Source of the DNA: a virus
Taxonomy: Duplodnaviria > Heunggongvirae > Uroviricota > Caudoviricetes
Strand: one strand, 5' to 3'
IMG/VR virus record: IMGVR_UViG_3300033233_000005
Length of the DNA: 64,000 nt
Shown here piece after piece: positions 47,894 through 55,903 of this stretch. The notes under the pieces were generated by a model, which saw only the letters and a list, made by a program, of their open reading frames with translations, made no database searches and had not been told where the DNA came from. A program made the position numbers and the translations under genes. Every line of letters begins with the position of its first letter. The first letter of the stretch is position 1.

Positions 47894-48160
47894 ATGATAC
47901 AATCTAAGATAGAACAATACGCAATGGCGGTAGAAGGAATGGCAGACATTATTTGTACTGAGATTGAACAACGGCATATGTCAATATTAATTCCTGGCAT
48001 GCGAATGATGACAGACGCATCCCGAACCGATTCGGGGCGACAGGAAGCCCTCCTATATTTGAAACCGCAGTTGGAACGAATTAGAGACACGGCAGAGCGA
48101 CATGGAGTTATAGAGGTCCGAGATCAAGCAGTAAGTTGCCTGTCGTACTTCTCGAATTAA
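47894..48160 (+). CDS. hypothetical protein
   Basis: in-frame ATG downstream of tRNA-Pro. Confidence 0.4.
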   Translation: MIQSKIEQYAMAVEGMADIICTEIEQRHMSILIPGMRMMTDASRTDSGRQEALLYLKPQLERIRDTAERHGVIEVRDQAVSCLSYFSN

Positions 48161-48199
48161 AGGTTCCAACAACTCAGGTTTCCAGTGGATATGATCAAT

Positions 48200-48271
48200 G
48201 CTAGCGTGGCAGAATGGCTATGCACTTTCCTTGTAAGAAAGAACATGGGGGTTCGATTCCTCTCGCTAGCT
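48200..48271 (+). tRNA. tRNA-Thr (UGU)
   Basis: anticodon loop CTTGTAA. Confidence 0.65.
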
Positions 48272-48332
48272 CGGCATTTTAAAGCCCGACTTTAATAAGT
48301 CTTGGGCGGGTACTTTGACAACTGAGGGCTTT

Positions 48333-48383
48333 GGTAATGCGGTAGCAGCAGTATTGTTGCCGCATTACCTGCATTTATATATT
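48333..48383 (+). terminator. hairpin plus U-rich tail (intrinsic terminator or processing hairpin)
   Basis: GGTAATGCGG...CCGCATTACC 10-bp stem then TGCATTTATATATT. Confidence 0.4.
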
Positions 48384-48466
48384 GCGGGGTCGCCTAACTG
48401 GTCGGGCACCTGACTTTGGATCAGGAGCGGGAAACCGCACTCTAGGTTCGAATCCTAGCCCCGCAG
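48383..48466 (+). tRNA. class-II-architecture tRNA with anticodon UUG (Gln anticodon), G73
   Basis: long variable arm GCGG-GAAA-CCGC, anticodon stem CCTGA/TCAGG, loop CTTTGGA, U1-A72. Confidence 0.45.
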
Positions 48467-48478
48467 GTCTAGTATAAA

Positions 48479-48566
48479 GGAAGGTTGGCAGAGTGGCCTA
48501 TCGCGCTTGTTTGCTAAACAAGTGGGTGTAACAACTCCACAGGTTCGAATCCTGTACCTTCCGCCA
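48479..48566 (+). tRNA. tRNA-Ser (GCU)
   Basis: class II, anticodon loop TTGCTAA, G73, CCA encoded. Confidence 0.7.
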
Positions 48567-48569
48567 GGT

Positions 48570-48998
48570 ATGATAAACACATATGTATTACTCGGTGGAA
48601 GCACCAATATGCGAAAGGCAGTGATTGAAACTCCGTGTGGAAAGTGGGAAATTAGCGGAATCGAAGAAAATACAGTTTTTCTTGCATTACGTACCAAACA
48701 CATAGAGATTGTAACTGACCCGAATACCTTATCAAGATTACGGGTGCCAATGATGCAGCACCTGAGATTTAGGCTGGTCCCATTTAAATTCAAATGGTAC
48801 CATCGAATAGATTCAAAGGGTTACATTGAGAGACCCTTTCCCTTTGGTGTCTGTTTAGGCGATTGGGTCCGGGCACAAAGATTGATCCATACGATTGAGA
48901 GAGATATGACATACTTCTGCGATCCTTTGATGAAAGAGGATACGGAAGTCAGCATCAAGGTGAAACCGATCAAACAGATGTTTTCATTGCTCCCATAG
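48570..48998 (+). CDS. DPL-tail family protein
   Basis: CCAGGTATGATAAA junction; ...MTYFCDPLMKEDTEV; 3' end overlaps tRNA-Asp. Confidence 0.5.
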   Translation: MINTYVLLGGSTNMRKAVIETPCGKWEISGIEENTVFLALRTKHIEIVTDPNTLSRLRVPMMQHLRFRLVPFKFKWYHRIDSKGYIERPFPFGVCLGDWVRAQRLIHTIERDMTYFCDPLMKEDTEVSIKVKPIKQMFSLLP

Positions 48999-49062
48999 TT
49001 TAGTAGTAAAACACCCGCCTGTCACGCGGAAATCAGGAGTGCGATTCTCCTTGGGAGCGCCA
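48989..49062 (+). tRNA. tRNA-Asp (GUC)
   Basis: anticodon loop CTGTCAC; T-loop TGCGATT; CCA encoded. Confidence 0.65.
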
Positions 49063-49063
49063 G

Positions 49064-49138
49064 CAGGGGATAGTGAAAAAGTATCACATTCGCTTGGGGT
49101 GCGAATAGTCCCGGTGCAACTTCCGGGTCCCCTGACCA
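49064..49138 (+). tRNA. tRNA-Pro (GGG)
   Basis: anticodon loop TTGGGGT; 8-nt T-loop TGCAACTT. Confidence 0.55.
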
Positions 49139-49157
49139 GCTTATTTTGATGTGAAGC

Positions 49158-49230
49158 CAGGCTTTAGCTCAACGGTAGAGCATCGCCCCCTGATAGGGCG
49201 AGGTAACTGGTTCGACTCCAGTAAACCTGG
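49158..49230 (+). tRNA. tRNA-Ile(GAU)-like scaffold with register-shifted anticodon loop (reads as CCUGAUA)
   Basis: TAGCTCAACGGTAGAGC D-arm; CGCCC-CCTGATA-GGGCG with C33 and one extra nt at the D/anticodon junction; acceptor C-A mismatch. Confidence 0.4.
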
Positions 49231-49243
49231 ATAAGCATCATTT

Positions 49244-49317
49244 CGGGGAATAGTGAAAAGGCATCACACGTGTTTCGGGTACACGCAGTCCGAGTTCGAG
49301 TCTCGGTTCCCCGACCA
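49244..49317 (+). tRNA. tRNA-Pro (CGG)
   Basis: anticodon loop TTCGGGT, canonical T-loop TTCGAGT, CCA. Confidence 0.75.
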
Positions 49318-49337
49318 GCTTATTTTGACATGAAGTT

Positions 49338-49414
49338 AGGGTTGTAGCTCAGCACGGAGCGGCAGGAGGCGTGGACCTCCCCAGCGGTAGCGGGTGAAAC
49401 TCCCGTCAAACTAA
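49338..49414 (+). pseudogene. degenerate tRNA-like element (pseudo-tRNA)
   Basis: canonical D-arm TAGCTCAG..GAGC and T-arm GCGGG-TGAAACT-CCCGT but 6-nt anticodon loop, 4-nt D/anticodon junction and 2 acceptor mismatches. Confidence 0.45.
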
Positions 49415-49442
49415 ATAATGTCACGGTCAGCTAGCATGAAGT

Positions 49443-49546
49443 CAGGCTGTAGCTCAGTAATGGAGCAAACCCCCGCCATAAGGGGATCAATTCCGATCCT
49501 TTTACGGGGGGGCCAAAGGTAGCTGGTGAAACTCCAGTCAACCTGA
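49443..49546 (+). tRNA. tRNA-like gene with CAU-containing loop and about 33-nt insertion (possible intron or degenerate tRNA)
   Basis: acceptor CAGGCTG/CAACCTG, D-arm, T-arm GCTGG-TGAAACT-CCAGT; CCCC-GCCATAA-GGGG plus hairpin GGATC-AATTCC-GATCC insert. Confidence 0.4.
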
Positions 49547-49560
49547 ACAGTGCTATTTAT

Positions 49561-49649
49561 TGGCAGGACGCGAATGTTGGTTAGTCGCATCCGGCTGTTA
49601 CCCGGAGATCATCGAAAGATGAACGTAGGTTCGATCCCTACCCTGCCAG
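49561..49649 (+). tRNA. class-II-architecture tRNA with anticodon GUU (Asn anticodon), G73
   Basis: anticodon stem TCCGG/CCGGA, loop CTGTTAC, variable arm CATC-GAAA-GATG, U1-A72. Confidence 0.45.
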
Positions 49650-49659
49650 GATTTATAAT

Positions 49660-49734
49660 GGTGAGTGTAGCTCAATGGTAGAGCGCTGGTCTGTGGCACC
49701 AGAAACGCGGGATCGATACCCGTCATTCACCCCA
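49660..49734 (+). tRNA. tRNA-His (GUG)
   Basis: G-1, C73, anticodon loop CTGTGGC, CCA. Confidence 0.75.
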
Positions 49735-49872
49735 GCTTAGTAAGGATACTGGAAGTAGCCAACTTGCGTAAAATAGGAGCCGGTGTTTCCTTAGTAGGTC
49801 CTCTCAAACTGGACCGAAGGGTTGCCAGTGGCTGTCCGTGCGCGGGATAATCGGGCCCAGTATCCCTTTAAT
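49735..49872 (+). other. unassigned structured spacer in the tRNA island
   Basis: hairpins GGTCC-TCTCAAACT-GGACC and GGGATA..TATCCC; no tRNA fold found. Confidence 0.3.
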
Positions 49873-49946
49873 GGGGATGTCGTCTAGAAGCAGGACACCT
49901 GGCTTTCATCCAGGAGAAGAGGGAGCATTACCCTCCATCCCTACCA
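49873..49946 (+). tRNA. tRNA-Glu (UUC)
   Basis: anticodon loop CTTTCAT; T-loop AGCATTA; CCA. Confidence 0.6.
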
Positions 49947-49956
49947 GTTTCTTAAT

Positions 49957-50031
49957 GGGCGATTAGCTCAGCAGTAGAGCGCTTGATTCACATTCAAGAG
50001 GTCGCAGGGGCAGCACCTGCATCGCTCACCA
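49957..50031 (+). tRNA. tRNA-Val (CAC)
   Basis: anticodon loop TTCACAT; T-loop GGCAGCA; CCA. Confidence 0.65.
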
Positions 50032-50034
50032 TTT

Positions 50035-50109
50035 GGCCCCGTAGCTCAGCGGTAGAGCGTCTGGTTTACATCCAGAAGGCCGTAGGGTCAGCACCTACCG
50101 GGGTCACCA
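50035..50109 (+). tRNA. tRNA-Val (UAC)
   Basis: anticodon loop TTTACAT; T-loop GTCAGCA; CCA. Confidence 0.65.
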
Positions 50110-50112
50110 GGT

Positions 50113-50430
50113 ATGATAAATCTAAAGAAGCATCCAATCAGATTTTACCAGATAGACAATGACGGCGATAACTATCTATATTTCGCTTATGGTCGTAAAT
50201 GCTATGATTGGGCATCCAATAGACCAGACAGAGATGGGATAAGCATTACAGAGATCACAAAGGAAGACATGATGCAATCGGGTATACAGAGAATAACCAA
50301 TTTAGCCGATTTTTATAGTCTAAATGCGATTCAATTTGCGGTGGCTAAATATTTACTGAATCACCCAGATATTTTGAATGATCCGTTGTGGACTGGCGCA
50401 GATGTTGAATTACCAAGTCTTGAGAAATAA
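50113..50430 (+). CDS. DPLW-tail family protein
   Basis: CCAGGTATGATAAA junction; ...NHPDILNDPLWTGADVE. Confidence 0.55.
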   Translation: MINLKKHPIRFYQIDNDGDNYLYFAYGRKCYDWASNRPDRDGISITEITKEDMMQSGIQRITNLADFYSLNAIQFAVAKYLLNHPDILNDPLWTGADVELPSLEK

Positions 50431-50433
50431 CAT

Positions 50434-50519
50434 GGAGGGAATCCGGATGGTTGAGGAACCTGTTTCGAAAACAGCTGGCCCTAATAGGCTCGTGGGTTCG
50501 ATTCCCACTCCCTCCGCCA
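50434..50519 (+). tRNA. tRNA-Ser (CGA)
   Basis: class II, anticodon loop TTCGAAA, G73, CCA. Confidence 0.65.
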
Positions 50520-50565
50520 GCTATTATGATGAAGATATGTGGGAAGTAGGATCTGACTAATTAAC

Positions 50566-50653
50566 GGAAAGTTGGCCGAGTGGTTTAAGGCGTACGCTTG
50601 GAGAGCGTAAGAGTGTAACAACTCCGTAGGTTCGAATCCTACACTTTCCGCCA
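50566..50653 (+). tRNA. tRNA-Ser (GGA)
   Basis: class II, anticodon loop TTGGAGA, G73, CCA. Confidence 0.8.
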
Positions 50654-50654
50654 T

Positions 50655-50729
50655 GGTGGGGTAGCCAAGTGGTAAGGCAACTGCCTGCAAAGCAGTTCTA
50701 CGTCGGTTCGAATCCGACCCTCACCTCCA
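50655..50729 (+). tRNA. tRNA-Cys (GCA)
   Basis: anticodon loop CTGCAAA, U73, CCA. Confidence 0.75.
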
Positions 50730-50758
50730 GCATTATAAACTTAAAAATAGGAGAGAAA

Positions 50759-51028
50759 ATGAAACTGCAATTTCCATGTTGGTTGACCGGCCACAAATGG
50801 GAACTGTACGGTACCGCCAGGCATGATAGAGTAAGACATGATAGATTAGGCAACGAAACCACAAGGTGGGAGGAGGTACCAGCAATAGTTAATCAGTGTA
50901 AATGCTGTGGAAAGAGAGTAGGATTCACAGTATTACCCGATAGTAATGAATCAACCAATGTAGATTGGCTAATGAGTCTGGCCAGCTTCGGTAAAATACG
51001 ATCTCCGAACAGGATGTCCGAGGATTAA
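50759..51028 (+). CDS. Cys-containing small protein (CKCCGK)
   Basis: in-frame ATG after GGAGAG. Confidence 0.45.
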   Translation: MKLQFPCWLTGHKWELYGTARHDRVRHDRLGNETTRWEEVPAIVNQCKCCGKRVGFTVLPDSNESTNVDWLMSLASFGKIRSPNRMSED

Positions 51029-51030
51029 TT

Positions 51031-51105
51031 GGCCCTGTCGTCTACTGGCTAGGACAGGTCCCTCTCAAGGACCAGAAACGAGTTCAATTCTCGTCAGGGC
51101 CACCA
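51031..51105 (+). tRNA. tRNA-Glu (CUC)
   Basis: anticodon loop CTCTCAA, T-loop TTCAATT, CCA. Confidence 0.75.
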
Positions 51106-51117
51106 GTACTATATAAT

Positions 51118-51188
51118 GCCCCCGTAGGTAAATAGTATACCGCACCCTTGATAAGGGTTAATCCTTGGAGCGTAACCAAGCGGGGGCA
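51118..51188 (+). tRNA. tRNA-Ile (GAU)
   Basis: anticodon loop TTGATAA; T-loop AGCGTAA. Confidence 0.6.
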
Positions 51189-51194
51189 GGAATC

Positions 51195-51578
51195 ATGAAG
51201 ATAGAACGCTCGATTCGATCTGAATACTTTGGTGCGGGTTCAAAGTACATGCCGGTTCTGATAATTGGAGATCATTGTTATAGTATGCGCATTGCAAATC
51301 GACATTTTATAATTAGACGTCACTCATCAATGGATTCCCTTTTATTACCCCAAAATAGGTTGGAGTTAATTGGCTATGTTGATATGCACGGCTATTTGGA
51401 GGCATCTTGGCACCAACCCTGTGTAACGTTAAACGGGTGGTATGAAATGCTAGAAGCTAAAATCCCATTTATATGTGATCCACTAGCCTGGGATGGCGAT
51501 CAGCAGGAGATAGAAATAGAAGGCGAACCGGCTGGTATTCTCGTAGACAAATTATTAAAGGAGGGTGAGCCGTGTTGA
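51195..51578 (+). CDS. DPLAW-tail family protein
   Basis: ...KIPFICDPLAWDGDQQ. Confidence 0.55.
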   Translation: MKIERSIRSEYFGAGSKYMPVLIIGDHCYSMRIANRHFIIRRHSSMDSLLLPQNRLELIGYVDMHGYLEASWHQPCVTLNGWYEMLEAKIPFICDPLAWDGDQQEIEIEGEPAGILVDKLLKEGEPC

Positions 51579-52114
51579 ATTCGGCGGTCCTATTGTTGAA
51601 TTCTACCTACGAGCCTCTTAACATAATCAATGTGAAGCGTGCCCTTCGTCTACTATTTACAGATAAGGCCAATGTAATAGAAACGGATGGATCAATGGTG
51701 CGGTCTTCCAGGAAGAACACCAAGATGCCTTTGGTGGTCAGATTGAGCTACTACGTCAAACGGCCTCACCAGCACGTCCGGTTTACTAAACAGGCCGTAT
51801 TCGTTCGTGATCAATTCACTTGCCAGTATTGTGGCATACAGTCCAGAGATCTAACTCTTGATCACGTGGTACCTAAAACCCGCAATGGTGAAACTACCTG
51901 GGGTAACGTCGTAGCAGCTTGCAAATCCTGCAATTCTGCCAAGAGTGACAAGTCTCTCAAGGATGCTGGATTGAAGCTCAAGCATCAGCCGAAGGAGCCT
52001 AAATTCCTACCGTATTTGAAAGCAGTCAATAGGGAACGTCATCAGGAATGGAATAAGTATCTATTCACAGATACTGACAGTCCGTTCCTTCTGCAAGGGC
52101 CGCTTCCGGTATAA
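51572..52114 (+). CDS. HNH endonuclease
   Basis: GTG after GGAGGG; CQYCG...LDHVVPKTRNG...N..AACKSCNSAK. Confidence 0.8.
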   Translation: MLNSAVLLLNSTYEPLNIINVKRALRLLFTDKANVIETDGSMVRSSRKNTKMPLVVRLSYYVKRPHQHVRFTKQAVFVRDQFTCQYCGIQSRDLTLDHVVPKTRNGETTWGNVVAACKSCNSAKSDKSLKDAGLKLKHQPKEPKFLPYLKAVNRERHQEWNKYLFTDTDSPFLLQGPLPV

Positions 52115-52133
52115 AGCTCGGCGTCGGGTCGTG

Positions 52134-52209
52134 GCAGAATGGATATGCACTCCCCTCCTAAGGGAGCATGAAGTGGGTTCGACTCCCACCGACCCGGCCA
52201 TGGTATAAT
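52134..52209 (+). tRNA. tRNA-Arg (CCU)
   Basis: anticodon loop CTCCTAA, CCA; TATAAAG element 9 nt upstream. Confidence 0.65.
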
Positions 52210-52223
52210 AAAACTGCGGGATA

Positions 52224-52298
52224 GCCTAGCGGTGCAGGCATGTGGCTCATACCCATACCAGGTAGGTTCGACTCCTACTCCCGCACCCATCTTCATTC
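52224..52298 (+). tRNA. tRNA-Met/Ile2 (CAU)
   Basis: anticodon loop CTCATAC, U1-A72, CCA. Confidence 0.6.
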
Positions 52299-52315
52299 GA
52301 TTTTATCCTGGGGTA

Positions 52316-52391
52316 GCTGAGATTAGATTAGCGCCTCCCTGAAGAGGAGGAGAGGTTGGTGCAATACCAATCCCCAGGACCAGGAATTATG
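52316..52391 (+). tRNA. tRNA-Phe (GAA)
   Basis: anticodon loop CTGAAGA; T-loop TGCAATA; CCA. Confidence 0.6.
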
Positions 52392-52397
52392 AGAAAT

Positions 52398-52544
52398 TAC
52401 CACGGCAATAAACAGTGTGAGTTGTGCGGTAAACCTACGAATGAGCATTTACGGTTGGTCAGGGTGGCTATATATCACATGGCTTGGTGCTGTCTTAGCT
52501 GTTGGTTGCTTCCGTTAAAGCTTCGCGTACAGAGATGGGGATAA
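52398..52544 (+). CDS. small Cys-rich (Zn-ribbon-like) protein
   Basis: CELCGK...CC..C; 48 aa. Confidence 0.3.
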   Translation, partial: YHGNKQCELCGKPTNEHLRLVRVAIYHMAWCCLSCWLLPLKLRVQRWG

Positions 52545-52549
52545 ATAAC

Positions 52550-52622
52550 GCCAGCGTAGCTCAGTTAGTAGAGCGCTCCGCTCATATCGGAGAGGTAGTG
52601 GGGGCAGAACCCACCGCTGGTA
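52550..52622 (+). tRNA. tRNA-Met/Ile2 (CAU)
   Basis: anticodon loop CTCATAT; T-loop GGCAGAA. Confidence 0.6.
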
Positions 52623-52628
52623 GGCATT

Positions 52629-52757
52629 ATGAATAAGCGAGAGGGATACGAGAAGATTAAGGGTAAATGCGAACGATGTGGTAAATGGAGAGTATTACGG
52701 ACTGCATTGGAATGGTGGTATTGCTCTAGGTGCTACAAGATTGCAATGTCGAAATAA
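52629..52757 (+). CDS. small Zn-ribbon protein (CERCG...CSRC)
   Basis: 42 aa ORF between tRNAs. Confidence 0.3.
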   Translation: MNKREGYEKIKGKCERCGKWRVLRTALEWWYCSRCYKIAMSK

Positions 52758-52758
52758 C

Positions 52759-52840
52759 GGGTGTGACCCCTAATTGGTCAGGGACTAGCCTCTTAAGCTA
52801 GCGACGCAAGTCACAGTGGGTTCGATCCCCACCACACCCA
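52759..52840 (+). tRNA. class-II-architecture tRNA with anticodon CUU (Lys anticodon), A73
   Basis: anticodon stem CTAGC/GCTAG, loop CTCTTAA, variable arm GAC-GCAA-GTC. Confidence 0.45.
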
Positions 52841-52851
52841 GGTTTTATAAC

Positions 52852-52922
52852 GGGTTGGTAATTCAACAGCAGAATAGCGGGCTTTTAACCCGTCCACGAG
52901 GGTGCGACTCCCTCCCAACCCA
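52852..52922 (+). tRNA. tRNA-Lys (UUU)
   Basis: anticodon loop CTTTTAA; T-loop TGCGACT. Confidence 0.65.
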
Positions 52923-52930
52923 GGAATAAT

Positions 52931-53146
52931 ATGGAACTAAAGAAACTTACAATCGAGTTTGACGAGGCAGAAATGCATGCTCTAATTACCACTGGGGAGC
53001 TATTGCACCAGATGTCTATCAGTGGTAAATTTAGTGAGTGGAAGCGCAGTTTAACATTATACGACAGGAGAAGGTATACTGTCGCCATGGACAGAATGGC
53101 GCTATTAGTCTTCAAATTACAGAAGGCATTGAAAGACGTCAAATAA
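52931..53146 (+). CDS. hypothetical protein
   Basis: 71 aa. Confidence 0.45.
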   Translation: MELKKLTIEFDEAEMHALITTGELLHQMSISGKFSEWKRSLTLYDRRRYTVAMDRMALLVFKLQKALKDVK

Positions 53147-53147
53147 C

Positions 53148-53233
53148 GGGTAGGTGGCCGAATGGTTAGGCGACAGTCTGTAAAACTGTGGAGCTTGTCT
53201 CTGACGGTGGTTCGATTCCACCCCTACCCACCA
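53148..53233 (+). tRNA. tRNA-Tyr (GUA)
   Basis: class II, anticodon loop CTGTAAA, A73, CCA. Confidence 0.8.
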
Positions 53234-53246
53234 GTTTCATAAATTC

Positions 53247-53320
53247 GCGGGGTTGGCGTAATAGTAACGCACTTCCTTGCCAAGGAAGGGTCACCGGAGC
53301 GTAACCGGTACTCCGCTCCA
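53247..53320 (+). tRNA. tRNA-Gly (GCC)
   Basis: anticodon loop TTGCCAA, U73; T-loop AGCGTAA; CCA. Confidence 0.65.
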
Positions 53321-53338
53321 CCTTCATAGGAGTTCATC

Positions 53339-53590
53339 ATGTGGGACAAGATCACCGATTTCACCGATCAGCTAGACTGGTCTGACGTGTTTTTCATTGT
53401 ATCGGGTTTCTCATTCGGCATAACGGCGGCTACGTTCTGGATAAATTTCTTTGATGACGTTAGGGAATGGGGAGCGGGGCTGACCCTATTATTGCTATTA
53501 ATATGGGTGTCAGCTGGCATTATATCAATGCGTGGCGCGCTAAAGTATAAAGAGAGCGTCAGCAAAAAGGCCGGTGTCGTACAAAAGTAG
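53339..53590 (+). CDS. hypothetical membrane protein
   Basis: RBS AGGAG; two transmembrane helices. Confidence 0.5.
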   Translation: MWDKITDFTDQLDWSDVFFIVSGFSFGITAATFWINFFDDVREWGAGLTLLLLLIWVSAGIISMRGALKYKESVSKKAGVVQK

Positions 53591-53595
53591 TACAC

Positions 53596-53610
53596 GCCCT
53601 TGGTAAGGGC
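53596..53610 (+). terminator. short hairpin after gene (weak terminator candidate)
   Basis: GCCCTT-GGT-AAGGGC; no U-tail. Confidence 0.2.
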
Positions 53611-53651
53611 GAAACAAGGGGGCAGTACCCTTCACTGGCTTGGCATTATAG

Positions 53652-53725
53652 GCGGGATTCGTATAGTGGTAATACCCTAGACTTCCAATCTAGAGACGTG
53701 GATTCGATTTCCACATCCCGCTCCA
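53652..53725 (+). tRNA. tRNA-Gly (UCC)
   Basis: anticodon loop CTTCCAA, U73, T-loop TTCGATT, CCA. Confidence 0.8.
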
Positions 53726-53731
53726 GTCATT

Positions 53732-54211
53732 ATGAGATTTATCAGCGCATATTGGCATGTCAATAAACATCTGAGTATATCATGTGGCAAGCACATATGG
53801 ATAGTTAGTAGAATAACTAAGAATAGAATCACAATAATACGCAGAATGCGGGTCGTAGGGCACACGGACGATGGGCATGAATATCATGGTACCTACAGGC
53901 TCCCTAGAAACGTGAAATGGATTCAACCTAATGGTGAATTGGGTAGTATAGAAACCAGTTATGGGCCGAATCGGCGTAGAGAATACGACACCACTCATAG
54001 ATATTCGATCACACAGATAAAGAAGGAAATACGAGACAGTAAGATATTCTACGATCCATTAGCTCCGTATAAAGGGTTTCACGGGCTAACCATCGATATA
54101 TTACGGGAGAATCGTATAGTAGCTATTACTTCCGCCTCCAAAGCGGAAAACAGTGGTGCGATTCCACTTTCTCCCGCCAGCAATAATCAACAAGTAAAGG
54201 AGAGCAAATGA
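53732..54211 (+). CDS. DPL-tail family protein (extended C-terminus)
   Basis: ...DSKIFYDPLAPYKGFHG. Confidence 0.45.
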   Translation: MRFISAYWHVNKHLSISCGKHIWIVSRITKNRITIIRRMRVVGHTDDGHEYHGTYRLPRNVKWIQPNGELGSIETSYGPNRRREYDTTHRYSITQIKKEIRDSKIFYDPLAPYKGFHGLTIDILRENRIVAITSASKAENSGAIPLSPASNNQQVKESK

Positions 54212-54744
54212 ACAAGCAAGAATGGATAGATGCATATCACGCTCTGGCCAAGAAAGTGGCTCCCAGGTTACCCTCTGTTACCGAATTGGGTGCCGCTTGT
54301 CAAATGACCAGAGAACGTGCCAGGCAGATAACCAATAAATACAAACTGCCAGTTGATCATTTATCTAGCATCAGGAAAGCTAAACGCATAGAAGCGGTCA
54401 TAAGCGCACACAGTGCATTAGAATCAGAATTACATAGACCACCACAGTTACGTGAAGTGCATAAGAAGCTTGGTAATTCCTATGAATTGCAGGGTATTAG
54501 GCTGGCGTTGCGTTCTAACAAGATGCATTCTATTCATGGTAGTGTAAAAACAGATCGAAGGGTTAAATTCATCAAATATTATAATGAATTTAAACGAACA
54601 TTTCACCGTGTTCCATATGGAGCAGAGATGGCTAGGAAACTTAATCTTTGGACCCTGACTGCCATTAGAATGGCGCACGAGCTAAAATTGCCTCTATTTA
54701 AGGGCACACTTCTACCGGTATCACAGAGGGGTACCTACTGGTGA
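54208..54744 (+). CDS. putative sigma-70 region-4-like HTH protein
   Basis: ATGA; ELGAACQMTRERARQITNK resembles the sigma region 4.2 helix. Confidence 0.4.
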   Translation: MNKQEWIDAYHALAKKVAPRLPSVTELGAACQMTRERARQITNKYKLPVDHLSSIRKAKRIEAVISAHSALESELHRPPQLREVHKKLGNSYELQGIRLALRSNKMHSIHGSVKTDRRVKFIKYYNEFKRTFHRVPYGAEMARKLNLWTLTAIRMAHELKLPLFKGTLLPVSQRGTYW

Positions 54745-55475
54745 GTGTGCTAGACACCGGTATTAAGGGATATACCCAATTAGATAGGCAGGCTATGGCT
54801 AAGGGTGGTGGATCAGTAATCATAGGGATAGACGAAGTTGGAATGGGGCCGTTGGCCGGTCCCGTTTGCGCGTGTGCTCTGATTGTCGGGAAGGAACCTA
54901 AGCAGGGGGAACTGGTGGTAAACGATTCCAAGCTGTTGTCACCCAAGAGGCGCGAGGAATTGTTCCCCAAGATCAGAGATAACAGCATCTTTGAATTGGG
55001 ATGGGTGACGGTCAAAGAAATCAACAAACTACAGAACCTTAACGCTGCTGGAAATCTGGCTAGGGAACGGGCATTAAAGAAACTGATCAAAACGATAGGC
55101 TGGCTGCATCCGAATGCGATTATTTGCGATTTCTTCCCGATAGACGCCGGTAACATACCCGTTCTCGCGGTTCCCAAGGCCGATGCCAATTCCTTCATCG
55201 TAGCGTGTGCGTCAATCGTGGCCAAGGTAGCTAGAGATAGATGGATGATCGCGCAAGCCAAGAAATATCCGGAATACATGTGGGATAAGAATAGCGGATA
55301 CAGAACACCAGAGCATCACATGGCACTAAAGATGCATGGCATCACCCCGATACATAGGACTTATCTGGTAGACAAATATTTAAAGGACTACACTATTGCT
55401 GGGTCGCCTAATGGTATGGCAACTGTCTCTGAAACAGTCACAATGGAGGTTCGAACCCTCCCCCAGCAGGAATGA
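54741..55475 (+). CDS. rnhB: ribonuclease HII
   Basis: GTGA; VIIGIDEVGMGPLAGPV and DSKLLSPKRREELF motifs; 3' end overlaps tRNA-Gln. Confidence 0.9.
   Translation: MSVLDTGIKGYTQLDRQAMAKGGGSVIIGIDEVGMGPLAGPVCACALIVGKEPKQGELVVNDSKLLSPKRREELFPKIRDNSIFELGWVTVKEINKLQNLNAAGNLARERALKKLIKTIGWLHPNAIICDFFPIDAGNIPVLAVPKADANSFIVACASIVAKVARDRWMIAQAKKYPEYMWDKNSGYRTPEHHMALKMHGITPIHRTYLVDKYLKDYTIAGSPNGMATVSETVTMEVRTLPQQE
55397..55469 (+). tRNA. tRNA-Gln (CUG)
   Basis: anticodon loop CTCTGAA, T-arm GGAGG-TTCGAAC-CCTCC, U1-A72; lies inside the rnhB ORF. Confidence 0.6.
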
Positions 55476-55660
55476 TGCATAAACTTAGCATACCAATAGC
55501 TAAATTACTGTTGATTAAAGAGAAATTACCAGAAGAATTGGCGATGCAACTAGAGGCATACAAGGTGGCAGGAGAGATAGTCAATGCTGACCTGAGTATA
55601 CTGGTCTCTGTATCAGAAGAGACTTATAACATATTACTTAGCTCCGAATTCCATGATTGA
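55472..55660 (+). CDS. hypothetical protein
   Basis: ATGA-coupled. Confidence 0.4.
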   Translation: MMHKLSIPIAKLLLIKEKLPEELAMQLEAYKVAGEIVNADLSILVSVSEETYNILLSSEFHD

Positions 55661-55895
55661 TACCAATCCTTTACTGAATAAGGAGATAATGGATCAGACT
55701 TTCAGCTATGAATGCGTAGTATGCGTTTCTAGAAATTGGGCATACGGATACTGGCATTTATTTGGATGGAGATTATTTTGGACTATACACATATATGAAT
55801 TCTGTACAGAATGCTACAAAGAATCCGATGTCTTACAGCCCGAAAGTAGATTTACTAAATGGCTATTTAAACATGGCTGGCTAACCACACCATAG
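55653..55895 (+). CDS. hypothetical Cys/Trp-rich protein
   Basis: ATGA-coupled. Confidence 0.4.
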   Translation: MIDTNPLLNKEIMDQTFSYECVVCVSRNWAYGYWHLFGWRLFWTIHIYEFCTECYKESDVLQPESRFTKWLFKHGWLTTP

Positions 55896-55903
55896 GAGAA
55901 GAT

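Noticed and set aside
49443-49546. Group I intron in the insertion-bearing tRNA-like gene
   Set aside because: The insertion is only about 33 nt, far too short for a group I intron. It is more likely a small insertion, a degenerate duplicate or an unusual extra arm.
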